Positions 25,291 to 39,247 of a stretch of DNA of 64,000 nucleotides are shown one piece after another (position 1 is the stretch's first letter; the number at the start of each line of letters is the position of its first letter). The notes under the pieces were generated by a model. The model ran no database searches. It was given only the letters and a program-made list of their open reading frames with translations, and was not told where the DNA came from. The DNA is from Eledone cirrhosa (lineage: Eukaryota): positions 182,900,001-182,964,000 of the forward strand of contig OZ024740.1 of assembly GCA_964016885.1 (NCBI GenBank), given 5' to 3'. The translations under genes were made by a program, and so were the position numbers.

Positions 25291-27851
25291 AATGATACGG
25301 TTTTTCTTTTTGAATCTTAGATTTTTGTTTTGAAAGATATTATATAACTGGGTGATATGTGAGGCTATTCTCTGCCAAGATTACACCTGATATTCCCCCC
25401 CCCCCACTCATATGTATGAATGTGTGTGTGTGTGTGTGTGTCATGATTCATATACTGTTCACTTTCCAGATATTTGTACATTATTCTTTGTACTATACAT
25501 GGACCTTTGATGAATTGCAGTGCACCTGAGCAGTGTACACAATAATTTTCATTATTTTTTTATTTATACGTAACATTTGATTTTCTTGCTCTATCATAGT
25601 TTTCATGATCTGCAATTCTCCCACCCCCACATATATCAGTAGCATGTATTCCTAGAAATCAGGGTAGATACTAGTTATGCTATAAATTTTATTGTTTATT
25701 TAATTATCTAACATTATTTTCTATTTCAAAGTTTCATACACTACTAGACACCATAACATAGTATCTGAATATTAACATTACTATTTTGGAATAACAATGA
25801 ATTAATCATGGTATAAAAGATGTTCACATCTGTTAGTTTCTCTCAAATATACAATGTTCCATTCACATATCCTAACAATTCTTTTTCATGATATACCATT
25901 CTTATTTTGTCATAGAATTACATGAAAACAGTTTGTTCCATTTAACAATATTTAATAGTAATTCAAAATGGTACCCTTGCCTATCATATTATTATGTAAC
26001 TGAGATTATCAGAACTAAATTTAACAAAATTTCAGCTTATTTCCACAGGTGGACATAGCAATTGTAAGATGCAAACAATTATGTATTTTAAGATTTTCTA
26101 CACCATTAACAGAAAACATGCTAATATTTGATTGGAGAAAATTCCAATTACTTGTAATTTCATATACAAACTGTTTCAATTCTTTATGCCTGTGTGTGTG
26201 TGTATTTTTAGTTTTACTCACACAATTCAAATAAATCCTTATAAATTGTTCATGGTGCTTCAATCTTCTTTCCACAATTTAACATGATGTGAGAATCCAT
26301 TTTTTAGTATGTGTTTATATGTGTTTTACTGAAATTATAACATTTTAACAGCACTCAGTATATTTTTCTCACTTAAATATACTTTTTTTCTGTATGTTAT
26401 TATGTAATGTTACAATGCTGAATGAATGAAACTTTCTGTAAAAGTTCCAGAGAAAATATAACAGCCTTGCCTTATCAATAGAAATAAGCTATTCTTAAAA
26501 CTATTCATAGATATTCTAATTCACATTGCAAATTTGAATTCTTTGTTGCTTTGTTACATTTAAATAGGGATTCTTCAGTCAAATATGAACTGAAATTAAT
26601 GGAAGGAAATAGCTTCTCTAAATGTGAATGATAAAAAAAAAGGAAAATTGAATTTAATAAAACATTTGCCACTAGTATAAAACTGAACACATTGTAAACT
26701 ACATTAAAAAAAGAACATTTGTGGTGATCAATTTACAAGGATTTGAATTTTCCATTCAAAACAGGATTCATAAAATTTAACAAATGGTCAATGAAAACAG
26801 CTAGATAATTGTATAAAAAATCTAAATTCTGAAGTAGAATGAAAAAAATAAAATACTAGCATTCTCTCACTCTGATTGCATAAAGAATTTGAAATTTTTG
26901 ACAGTGACAAATTATCATTTGAGAAATACTGAAAAAAAATTAAACATGAAGCAATATTGCAGACTAAATGAATCTGAGAAAATTGGGAGCCATGAAAACT
27001 ATAAATAAGTTAGGATATTAAACATATATGCAGGGATGGTGCTATGGTTATGCCATCTAGGCATCCACTTAGAGAACAGCACAGAAAAAAACAATAAAAA
27101 TAGTAACTAAAAGTTTGTTTATAATAATTCAGAGTACATTGGGCATGATTTCAACATTAACAATTGTAATAAACGTAATTCAATTGGGATCAAATTGATG
27201 TATTTTTTTTTTTTTTCAGTTTTCTAATAAGTTAGAGCTGATAAAACAGTTGAAGCTATTAACAAATTGGGCAGAAAAGAACAATAACAACAACAAATCT
27301 TTCAATGTTTGGTGGCTTTAGTTTGAGTTTTTGATATGCAGCATCTTATCAATGATGATACAAATGAAAAGTTGTAAAGATCTAGCAATAGAAATACATT
27401 TATAGTTTATAGAATATCTAGCCTCTTTTATCATTCTATCATAATTGAATATTTGTGCCAAGTTAAAGAACATGAAACAATGGTTTACTATGGAGGAATG
27501 GAATTTATACAAATTTTATCAGGTGCTATATTGCAGCAAATCTCTTAACATGAATTCAGTTAAATAAAATCCAATATAGACATATTGAGCAAATGATAAT
27601 GAATGTATATTTTGTTGATGTAATCAAACCATCAGATAATGAAATGTTTGAACCTGGAGTTATCACTAGAAAACATTTTTGGTGATTTGTTCTACTGAAG
27701 AAGAGATTATAGCAGGTGACTAGTTGATAGAAACCTCTCATGAAAATATTGAGTAATTACTAATTAAGAATCCGTGTAGTCAATATTGTGGAGATGAGAA
27801 TAACGTGAAAGGAAAAAAAGATTCCTGGGCACAAACCCATGTGTCTTAGTG

Positions 27852-28120
27852 GAGGTGTGTGGTCTAGTATTGGACTTAGAATCATAATGTTGTGGGCTTG
27901 ATTCCTGGACTCGGTCGTGTGTTGGGTTCTTCAGCAAATCACTTCTTTCACATTGCTCCAGTATACTCAGCTGAAAATGGGGATCAGCAATAGGTGACAG
28001 TTTAACACTGCAATGAATTGGCATCCTGTCTAAGGTAGACTTCTACTCTCAGTCAATTAACACCATGAAAACTATGATAAACACTGGCCTGATGAGCCTC
28101 CAGGCTCAAGAGGGACTTTA
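27852..28120 (+). mobile_element. tRNA-derived SINE copy
   Basis: Same family as the 16038 copy. Confidence 0.72.
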
Positions 28121-28352
28121 GACTTTTTAGATATTTTGCTCTTTAAGCTTGATAGTCAATGGTTCACATTCTTTAAACTTAATAGTCAATACTAGAACTA
28201 GAAGAAATTAACTGCTTCAATTTGGCTCAACAGATCTATAGTCAATTCCTTATAATAAATTGGTGTTGAGAACTTCTAACTAGCAATATATCAAACATAG
28301 TTATCATAATCTATAAAGCTCAGTGTGTGGTCATGCTCCTTCGTTATAGAAA

Positions 28353-29305
28353 TCTACGATATACAATTCCTTCAATTGAAATTTACAATTCAGCATTCGA
28401 AATAGTTTCGATTGCGTCTTGACACAGATAATCTTTTCAATTTCACCCACAATTACGCAAAAAATAGATAAAACTCAATATTTTACGATTTTTCTCTCTC
28501 ATTTAAATTGCTGAAGTCTTTCTACTACCATTCAAAATCTATACAACTTCATACTTTCTGCTACTTTCTCTTTCCAAGCTTTATGGTGATACTGTCCATT
28601 CACACCACTCCCTACTGTCTTAAATTTAGAAAACACATATCCTCTATGAGGTTACTAAACCTGCTAGAAACAGCAGCTAAATCTCCCCCCATATCACACC
28701 CCTCCCCACACCACTCACTACTGTCTTAAATTTAGAAAACACATATCCTCTATGAGGTTACTAAACCTGCTAGAAACAGCAGCTAACTCTCCCCCATATC
28801 CCACCCCTCCCTACTGTCTTAAATTTAGAAAACATATATTCTATGAGGTCACTAAACCTGCTAGAAACAGCAGCTAACTCTCCCCCATATCACACCACTC
28901 CCTACTGTCTTAAATTTAGAAAACACATATCCTCTATGAGGTCACTAAACCTGCTAGAAACAACAGCTAACTCTCCCTCATATCACAACCCTCCCTACTG
29001 TCTTAAATTTAGAAAACACACAGACAACCATGCAGAACAACTCCATCGCAGCTCTGTTGTTCGGCTGGCATCGTCTACGCGCGTGTTGCGTAAGTACTGT
29101 GAAACAATAAATTTCAACACTTTTTTGCACAGAGATAATATCCATAGGCGAAACTACAATTGTCACTGCTGGCGCAACTCATGCTTCCAGGTCTGCAATT
29201 CATTCCCCCAGTGCCTGGCAGACAAAAAAGTGCTGCCATAAATGGGTGGTGCAACCTAACTTTGGTAACTTAATGACCCCGAGCAACGCCGGGCTTTAAT
29301 GCTAG
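28353..29305 (+). mobile_element. Non-autonomous Helitron with an internal ~92-bp tandem array
   Basis: 5' A|TC, 3' CTAG|T, subterminal GC hairpin cccgagcaacgccggg, no TSD; tandem units at 28612, 28718, 28811, 28902, 28995. Confidence 0.8.
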
Positions 29306-29319
29306 TAACTGTTAAATGC

Positions 29320-30251
29320 TTGCGGAAAACGTGATGGAAGAGTCTAGAACCACACGGGAACCACATAGATGTGATATCTAAATAGAGAATTTTTTATGAA
29401 AGAAGCTTATAAGATTGGCTCATCTGGAAACACCTCCCAAATTGAAACTAAAACCCTTGTTGTTGAAATGTTTATGTTCATCTTTGTTACATGGTAAAAC
29501 ATCTGTTTTTCAATCAATCTTGCAAACAAGATACAAATTCATTCACAAGATTTTAGAATGCAGATATGATGAAGGTTTTTAACAAGTTCTAACAGACACT
29601 ACTGAGATTGCACGGAAAATAGAGACATCATCATACAGTTAGACAGAAGAACAAATTAGAATCAGGAGAGAGGAATACCACCTTGAGTATGAAAAGTAAC
29701 AAGAGGTGGCATTACAGAAATTCAAAATAGTTTTCTAAGATAGTTTCTTAGACATAGAATCTCTTTTCAACAGACAGTATGGCTAAGATCTACAATAAAA
29801 TATTCTTCACCCTCTGGATTTGTGTATACTATTTATGGCTTTCTGTATGACATATAGAACATAAAAAAATCAACTGAAGATGTTCTTAAGGACATCAAGA
29901 ATTCAGGAAAATGAAAATCATTGATGCATAAAAGAAATGATATTCATGTTGAAGATCTGTTTTAATAAGTTATAGCAATCACTCTCAAGAGTGATTGCTA
30001 TAACTTATCAAATATTTCCCTCCAGACAATACAAATTCGAGGATAATGAACCTAATGTTTCTGTTGTTCTGAAGATTTTTCTCACATTAACAGTGTCAGC
30101 AGCACATGATAAATTAAGTTTTTCAAAGGTCTAGCATATAAGGACTTGCACACATTCAACAATTTTGCAAATGAGATAATTTGGCTTAGTAACTATATAA
30201 ACTGAACATAGCCAAGTATCAAAACTGGATCTAATTCAATCAATGACAACA
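29320..30251 (+). pseudogene. Decayed hAT transposase, C-terminal dimerisation region
   Basis: ~30050-30210 reads PNVSVVLKIFLTLTVSAAHDKLSFSKV*HIRTCTHSTILQMR*FGLVTI*TEH, resembling the hATC pattern PN...LT.PV...ERSFS.LK.IK..LRSTM.Q.RL..L...IE. Possible outer ends CAGGG at 27031 and CCCTG at 31995. Confidence 0.7.
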
Positions 30252-31549
30252 TCTATATATATAAAGTTGTAGTTCCTGTCTGTTTGTTTTTTTGTTTGTT
30301 TTTTTCACGAACTCCTCCTATGGTTTTGGAGATAGACCCCCATAACCACATATACTCTGAAACTAGATTGCCCAGGGTACTTGGATAAGTATATTTCATT
30401 TTAATCAAAGGGACCCTCCGGGGGACCCTTTGATTAAAATGAAATTTAAACCATATGATGCCTTTTCACAACATTTCAGCAAATTTCAATAATAGTAAGA
30501 CACCCTAATGGGGGTTAAACCCCCTATAGTGAAAATTTTGTTTTTATTGTTTGTTTGTTTACGAACTCCTCCTATGGTTTTGGAGATAGACCCCCATAAC
30601 CATATATATTTTAAAACTATATAAATAATTATATTTCATTTCTATCAAAGGGTTCCTCGGCGGCACAAACCCCCGCTGAATATCTTTTCCTTCGATTTAT
30701 ATGAAATTTAAACCGTGGGTAAATGACAAAATATGATGCCTATTCAAAAATTTCAGCAAATTTTAATAATATTAAGACACCTTAATGGGGTTAAACCCCT
30801 ATAGTGAAAGTTTGGGCCAATAAATGGAACAAGATGTGTTGTAACAAGATTGCATGAGAACTTGATTGAAGCAACCATTATATTCGGGCTTACAAAGGTA
30901 AAGCTCGTCTCATTCCGAGGATCCACTTATACCAACTGATAGTGAGTTGCCTTTTACATTTAAGAGGCTGCAGATCCCAATGAGGCCATGCTGTGCCATG
31001 AGCATCAATAGAATCATGGTCAGACTTTCAAAACTATTGGTATAGATCTGACAAACCCATGTTTTAGTCATGGCATGTTTTATGTGATTTTTTCAAGAAC
31101 TGGAACTTCAAAAATTCTCTACAATTTAGCCAATCAAAGAAAGACAAGAAATGTTGTTTACCCTGAAGTTCTTCATTAGGATAAAGTATGAAATATATTT
31201 TCATGTATTTATTATGTTAAAAAATAAATAATTAAACTTTGAAGTTCTAATTTGAAAATAATGCTTTATACAAAAATGAAATGATCAAGTTTTGAATTGA
31301 TATTTTGAAAAAAATTATTTACAAGAAACAAAATAAGAATAAGATTTAATAATGTAATTTTGATTTGATATATTACAAAAAATAATGTTTTCCAATTTTT
31401 CATTCATTAGTAATATTGAAATATAGTAATATTGAGTAATATTGAAATACAGAGTTTTCCTCCATAAATTATCACTGATTTAAAATCAATCATCATTTTC
31501 TTACAAATAAAATGTGTGAAACACAGCAAGGCACGGGTAATTCGGCTAG
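30252..31549 (+). mobile_element. Internally deleted Helitron with Pif1-helicase C-terminal remnant
   Basis: 5' A|TCTATATATATAAA, 3' gcacgggtaattcggCTAG|T; 30820-31180 reads NGTRCVV...IEATI...RIHLIPTDSELPFTFKRLQIP...CFSHGMFYV..SR...NVVYPEVL*; ~250-bp internal duplication. Confidence 0.92.
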
Positions 31550-32350
31550 TTAACAATGTAAACGTTATGAGACATAAATTTTAACACAATATCCTCTAAA
31601 ATTGAGGTTACATTTTTAACTATGTTTGTCTGTTTCAATTTGTTTTTCTCTTTGAGTGTAAGCAAACATATTGTTGTATTATAACATTAAAAATTCTATG
31701 AAGTAAATGGTTCTAATGTTGTATTACCTTAATGAAGGTATATTTTCATATTTTCCACTATATGCCCCTAATTCAAAATGATTCACTGGATGAAATGCTT
31801 ACTTTTAAATTTTAAAATAATAATCACAGATTGATGTAGTTTTTATACACAGAATTTAAAATAGATTTAGCAATTTTAAGATTTGTGCTTTGAATTGTTT
31901 TACAAATTCAGAATAAGCAAGTTTTTTTTATATGGTGGTGTATGTGTAAAAGTTAGCTTTACCTTATATAAAAAACAAGTTTGTCACTGACCCTGTATTT
32001 TCTAAATGAGTCAAAACAAAAGCAAAACAAAATAATGATGAAATGTTTTGGATCAGCCTTATGACACTTGAGAGTCATTCATTATATTTCAGAAACCTTA
32101 ACTTCATTTCTGATTGCATATATATATTGGATGGTAGAATATACCACTTATAATATGACAGAAAGGAAGAAAAAGTTTTTGAAGTAAACTAAACTGAAGT
32201 GAGATATATCAGAAAGAAAATAACAGAAATGAATAAAATGTCAAAAGATATGTTATTGTGAAGTTAAAAAAATATCATTTAGAAAGAAAACAAAATAGAA
32301 ATAAAAAAAGAAAAGTGGGAAATAAGAAAACACACACACACACACACACC

Positions 32351-32399
<49 letters not shown>

Positions 32400-32513
32400 C
32401 ATAGGCATATCATCACCACCATCATCAGCATTTAACATCCATTTTTCCCACGCTAGCATGGGTTAGATGATATATGTATATACATATGTATATACATATG
32501 TATATACATACAT

Positions 32514-32555
<42 letters not shown>

Positions 32556-34894
32556 AAAACAGCTACCATAATAAAAACAGCAAACAGGTGAATGGCTGGG
32601 AACATTTCTTCAGGCTGGCTAAGATTATGAAATTAGATACTGACAGGAGTCAAAAAAATGTCAAAACTGATAGCATGAATATATGGGAAGTACCACGAAG
32701 ACAGTAATTCACAAAAATGTAAATTTATCGAAGCCAGACTTACATGCTAAAGCACATCATGTAAGTTACAAAAGACATTTTGACATGTATGAAAATGTGT
32801 CTATACAATGAATACTTATGTGTGTCTGCATGTGTCAGTATGTGTGTGTGTGTGACATATAATATTGTGTATTGTACACATACATTCATGAATATTGCTC
32901 AATATATATTCGTTTATTGACTGCTGAATGTAGACTGATAAAGATCACCAATGATAACATCATAGATTCCTTGAATTCTTATGTAAAAATTATACTGTTT
33001 ATTTACTTATAATTATAAACACATTTGTAGAAACAGCAAATGTTTGGGAATGAGAATGTTGTTTGTGTTGCCTAAAGGTCAAATAAATGTAATAAGTTCT
33101 GTCCAGTCCAAGATTGTTAAGGCAAGAAATTAGATTTCAATATAATAGAAGAAAACCAGATCAATTCCACTTGACAACGCTTAACTTTCAATTCCTTCAC
33201 TAATATGAAAGTTTATCAACTGATTTTTGTTGTTTTCGTTAAACCCCAAGTTAAATCTGACAAAGCAAGAGATATATGATAAGAAGAATTCCAACTCTGA
33301 CCATGCTGTTTTTTTTTCAGATATAGCATATCTAAGAATATACTATTCGATGTATTGTCTTTTAAGATTGTAGAGTGTGATGAGAAGATTTTACTGATCC
33401 TTCAAATAGGTCATGAGACTACATAGGAGCGGAGACTCTACATGATATTGCTTACATTACTAAGCTAAATAATTAAAGGCCTTAAATCTCTATATAGATA
33501 TGAAATCCTGCCAATGGATATTATGTGGTGACACTATAATTTTTCTGTCTGATCACCAATTGACATCTGAATAGATACAACACTATATTCAACTTAATAC
33601 ATGTATCATTGGTATAGGGTAAAAGAATATTATTGGCCATAATGTAGGAATATACCTTAATGGTTTAAACCCAGACTGGTACTGTGTAGATATGAAAAGT
33701 AAACTACTAGATGAAAATGGGTGATCAAACAAATTGAACATAATGCAAAAGTAATTATTAAAAATAAGACTATATGATGACAATTGGGATTCATACGGAC
33801 TGAAACATATCGTTATCAACATGATCATCATTCATCAGCTATTTTTCCATGCTAGCATGGGTTGGATGGACATTATTTTAGGCAGTGTTTTACGAGCAGT
33901 TATCCTTCTCTGTGTGTTAGTCACATCCTACAGCATTGTATAGTGTACCTATACAAAAAAATCAGGATACTCACTGTATAACAAGGATGCACAGTTTACA
34001 ATGTAACTATTGATATAAAACCATGATTGAAAACCAAACTATTAGAAACATAAGTCTACAGTCTGTCTCAAGCTTGGAGGCTCATCAAGCCAGTGCTTAT
34101 CCCAGTTTCTGTGGAATTAAATGACTAAGAGTACAATACTCTTCCCTGAACAGGTCACCAATCCATTGGAAAGTTTAACCCCAGCTATTGTTAGTAATTA
34201 TATTCAGCTGAGTACACTGGAGCAAATGAAATAAAGTGTTTTACTAAAGATCAAAACACATAACCCACGACATTATGATCATAAGTTCAACGCCTGTACC
34301 ACATAGTATATATATAAAAATAAATTTTGAAATATCGATATCAAAACATGAGGTGAGTAGAGAAAGAATTAATGATGTTATTAACAGCATCTTATCTGAG
34401 ATATTTAGACACTTAATCAGATATTATATAGAGTTGTAATATTGTAGAAATAATTATTTTATAGTTTTATAATGAAAATAAATAGCGGAAACATCATATA
34501 ACTTGAAAGATTTGATCTCACTTTCATAATTATTATTACTGCTAGCACCTGTACCCAGCTTTACTCAGGTTTATTACTACTACATATGTATATGTGTATT
34601 TCTACCAGATTATAACTGTTTCATTCATTTGAAATCATCAACTAAATGAAACAGTTCTGTAGAAGTCATTTCTATATGAAATATGTATCTTTCCTTAAAA
34701 TGTATTGAGTACCTGATTTAGCCATGTTTTCCTCCCAAACCTCTTCAGAAAGCATTCTTAATCCGTACACACATATATATATACACTGTTCTACCACCAG
34801 GAGTAGAACTGTTCCATTCAAGATAATTTCTTTTGAATGAAACAGCTCTAATTTTCTATCAACCATTTCTAAGAAATCATCTTGAATGAGACAG

Positions 34895-36465
34895 TTCTAT
34901 TCCTGGCAGTAGAACAGTACAGTAGATACAGCCATTAAAACCTAGAGATGGGTATAAAAAGACTGGAAAAATTGGGGTAGCATAGACCGGTAACAAGTAG
35001 CTAAAAAAGAAGCTAGGCAACAGGTATGCACAGCTGAGAAAGAGGCTAAAGAAAGTAAATTTGCCAATGGCTTGAGATGTGAAGAACTCTTTCATATTAT
35101 AAAGCAGCGTGTTAGTGTAAATCAAGCTGTTCTTTGGGGAAATATATTAAAAGTGATGCTGGTGCGCTTAACACCACTGATACCCAAAGAAAGAAGCCTG
35201 GAAATGTTACTATGAGAGATTGATGAGTGTAGAGAATGAATGGAAGGAAGAGAAACTGTCCCCAATTTACCCAAAGGTAGGACCAGCTATTGAAGTTGAC
35301 AGTTTTATGGGCAAAGTCGCAATCAAGGAGAAGAAGAACAGTAAAGCTGTGGATCATCAGAAATAGTTTCTGAGATGTTGAAAGCACAGTGAGAGGTAGG
35401 AATCAAACTAGTAAGGCAAATAGTAAATCAAATAATGCATGACAAAGTCATACCCAATGACTGGCACAGCAGTACAATCATAAATTGCTATAAGGGCGAA
35501 GGTAATGCTCTGAAAAGGAGCAACTATTGAGGACTGAAACTAATGGACAAAGTTATGAAAGTAACAGAAAGTGTTGAAACCCAGCTAATTAGAGAAAGAG
35601 TCAAAATAGACGAGATGCACTTTGGTTTCATGTCTGGAAAAAGTACTACAAATGCCCTCTTCTTAGTAAGGCAACTACAAATAAGTTCCTAGCCAAAACT
35701 AAGCCTCTATATTTAGCATTTATTGATCTAGAGAAGGCCTTTGATAGAGTACCTCAATCTATTATCTGGTGCTCCTTAAGGAAATTAGATGTAGGAGAAT
35801 GGCTTATGATAACAGTGCAAACTATATACAGAGGATCTATCAGTAGGTTGAGAGAGGAAATGAGTTTTGTGAGGAATTCAAGGTACAAGTAGGAGATCAA
35901 GGTTCAGATTTTACCCCACTGCTCGTAAGTAGGAGAGTAGATAGGACCCAGATTCCCCTTTTATATCTAGGTGAGCTAATTAGCAGCAGAGGAAAGTGCA
36001 CTGAGAATATAATAGCTAGAATAAGGATAGGATGAAAGAAGTTCAGGGAACAACTCCCACTGCTGAAAATAAAAGGTTTCTCCCTACATACAAAAGGAAG
36101 GCTGTATGAAGTCTGTGTGCAGTGCATGATGCTACATGGTAGTGAAACATGAGCAGTGGCTGCAGATGATATCTATAGGCTGGAGAGAAATGAAGCAACC
36201 ATGCTTTGTTAGATGTGAAATGTAAATGTGACAGAAAGGCAAAGCTTGGATGAACTGAGGGAGAAGCTGGATTTAAGGGGAATCCAAAATGGTATGCAGG
36301 AGAGAAGGCTATGCTGGTATGAACATGTGATGCACATGGACAATGACCAGTGGTTGGAGAAATGCCAGAAACTCCCAATGGATGGAAGCCATATTAAAGG
36401 ACGACCAGTCCAACCTATGCAAGCCTGGAAGAGCGGACATAAAAACGATGATGGTGATGATGGTT
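34895..36465 (+). mobile_element. Degraded, internally deleted RTE LINE
   Basis: Remnants NCYKGEGNAL, MHFGF, LAFIDLEKAFDRV, MLHGSET, RRLCWY; (TGA)n-like tail. Confidence 0.88.
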
Positions 36466-37024
36466 ATGATATATTTGCATGCTGAGAACATATTCATCTC
36501 TCTAATAATGTTGCCATCATAAAATACATCCCTTCCATTCTATAAAGTGGTTGGTGTTATAATGGGCATCCACCTGTAGAAACCATACCAAATGTACAAA
36601 TGAAATTTGATCTTGGCACTTCAAGGCTCAAACCCAACTCACCCATGCCAGCATAGAAAATGAACATCTAATAATGATTGATTCAGTATATTTAGGATAA
36701 ACTGTCAATAATCTTTAGTTCATAGATAACTATTAATTCACTCAAAACTACCACATCTAGCCCAGCCAGATGATAGTTGAAGTTGAGCATCATAACAAAA
36801 CACAAATTCAATAAACACATACCGAAATTGAAATAAAATGGTATTATTACATCAGCCCTACTCAGGAAACAAGTGTTCTTTTTCTTTTCTTTTTCAAAAT
36901 ACCATACTAATTGAAATTAATTTAAATTAATTATTTTTCTAACCAGTAATTGATACAAATGTCTAATGCATGCTTAAAGTTAAACACTATTCTTAGTTTT
37001 TTTTTCTGGAGTTAAACAGATAAT

Positions 37025-37207
37025 TGTTTCTACATTTGGCACAAGGCCAGCAATTACCCAGTACATTACTAGTACTTTATTTTATCGACCCCGTAAAGAT
37101 GAAAGACAAAGTTAACCTCGGTGGGATTTAACTCAGATCGTAAAGGGATGTAACTATGCTGGAAAGCATGGCATCCGACTCTCTACCTATAATGCCAATC
37201 CACCGCC
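37025..37207 (-). mobile_element. tRNA-derived SINE (second family) with long TSD
   Basis: Direct repeat CTGGAGTTAAACAGATAAT at 37006-37024 and 37208-37226; sister copy at 39248-39431. Confidence 0.88.
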
Positions 37208-37479
37208 CTGGAGTTAAACAGATAATGTCACATAACCTATGAAAAAATGTGCTCAATGCAACACTGCACATACCAAGGTTCAAATCTGTGGCCAACCACT
37301 TGGAGCATTCACACATTCTCTTTTATATATTAATCCTTTCATTGCAATATGTCTAAGGAAATACATTGTATTACAAATAAATAATGACGAATTTAGAGGG
37401 ATTTCCTAAAAATATTATTTATATCAAAAGGATCATATATCAAGTTATGATGGAAGACTTTTATGTAAATAAGAACCTT

Positions 37480-37625
37480 TTAAATTGATGAGCAAGTGGC
37501 TAAGCATTCTGCAGATGTGTGTACTATTAATATTACACATTTTGTTACCAAGGTTGGTAACAAAATGTGTAATATTAATAGTACATACATCTGTGGAATG
37601 CTTAGCCACTTGCTCATCAATTTAA
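37480..37625. repeat. 146-bp near-perfect palindrome
   Basis: 72-bp arms around GG with three mismatches. Confidence 0.95.
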
Positions 37626-37705
37626 TGAGTAGCTAGAGCAATTGATGAAGCAGCATAATACTCATCATCATAAGTGATGGAGGAGCCATAAATTAGAGAG
37701 CAATG

Positions 37706-38043
37706 GAGGCACATGGCTTAGTGGCTAGAGGATTGACCTTGCTATCGAAAGATTGTGAGTTCAATTCTCAGACTGGGTGATGTGTTGTTTCCTTGAGCAA
37801 GACACTTTATTTCACATTGCTCCAGTTTACTCAGCTGTAGAAATGAGATGATAGGACTGGGGTCCCTATCATTCCACTGCAAAGTGGTCGTGGAGGTGCC
37901 ACGGCAAAACAGCACCCAGCACTCACTGTAAATGAGGTTGGTGTTAGGAAGGGCTTCCAGCTGTAGAAATCAAGCCAGAATCAGTTCCCGTCCCACCCTT
38001 GCAAGTGTGGAAAAGTGTACGTAAAATGATGAGGATGAGGATG
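37706..38043 (+). mobile_element. tRNA-derived SINE with RTE-derived 3' tail (second copy)
   Basis: Highly similar to 13357-13700. Confidence 0.88.
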
Positions 38044-38089
38044 AGCAATGAATAGCGGAATCATTATATTCCCAAACAAAATGCCTGAA

Positions 38090-38297
38090 ACCTTTAGCAT
38101 TTAAACCAGCCGTATCCGGCCAGAATTCTCTCATACCTTTCTGTTTAAACTGGCTGTAACCAGCTACTCATACTGATGTTAAGTTATTGTTCTCAAAATA
38201 AATAATATAAAAATCTCATAGATTCGATATTATGAGAGATAAAGCCTGTACCACGAAAATATAATAGTAAGTATAGAGTAATGTAAATGCTAAAGGG
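38090..38297. mobile_element. piggyBac-like MITE
   Basis: TIR cctttagcattta / taaatgctaaaggg with TTAA at the right end; left target site degenerate. Confidence 0.65.
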
Positions 38298-39247
38298 TTA
38301 AGGTATGTAGCAATATATTTTTTATTTCAAATTCCACCAAAGTCAACATTACCTTTCATCTCTCTGAGGGTCAATAAAATAAGAACAGGAATTTATTTGA
38401 CTGATTATGTTCTTGTTTAAATGTTACTGCCTCATCAAAAATAGAGACATCATTGTTATTTCATTCTTCGTAAGTCATAAAATTAAGTACCAGTTAATTA
38501 CTGGTAGAGATGGATCATTTATACTAAATATAGTCCTTACCCTAAATTTGAAATTTTTCACTCTGACAGAAATCATTATTGTTATCATTAAAGTATTCTG
38601 TTATTTAATTCCAGTTTAACTTTGCCTAAACGAGTCTTTCCACCTGTGACCATCCTATCTTATTTTTAGGAGGTGTGTACTTAGACCTGCATTATTGAAT
38701 GTATTCTCCATTTGGTTAGGAAGTTTTCAATGTAATCTGAGATATTTGACTACTATTTCTAGCAAGTCAAGTGATGTTTATTAGTGACATAGAGGAAAAT
38801 ATGGAATTAATTAATCTGTGGTAGCTAATTATGTCTTTTTAAATCTTTAGTTTTAATCCTACCAGTAATAATTTCCCCTTTCATCCCTTCATATTGTAGT
38901 GCACCTGAGCACTGTACACATTCATTTTCATTATTATTATTATTTTATAAGCTACAAGGGATAATACCAGTAATGTATTAGTACTGATTTAATTAACTCC
39001 ATGTTTTCTCTACAAATCTCTAGCTTTCTGCCAGTTTTTATCATTATTACTAAGAGAGAGTCAATAGGAAGCTGGATAACATGCCTTGCAATACCATAGT
39101 CTCATATATTCATGCTCTGATTTCAAATCTGGTTAATGTTGACTTTATCTTTCATAATGTTGGAGTCAATAAAAATCAGTATCACATCAAGTACCAACAT
39201 TAATTAAAGCAGCTATTCCACACAGTTTATGATCTTGTATCAATAAT

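Noticed and set aside
28085-28118. CTGATGA plus small hairpin in a SINE 3' region as a hammerhead
   Set aside because: No GAAA, stem III or closing stem I; sister copies do not keep the core.
28601-29020. CRISPR array or repeat-protein ORF (28843-29241)
   Set aside because: Head-to-tail tandem units without unique spacers inside a Helitron; the ORF is a by-product.
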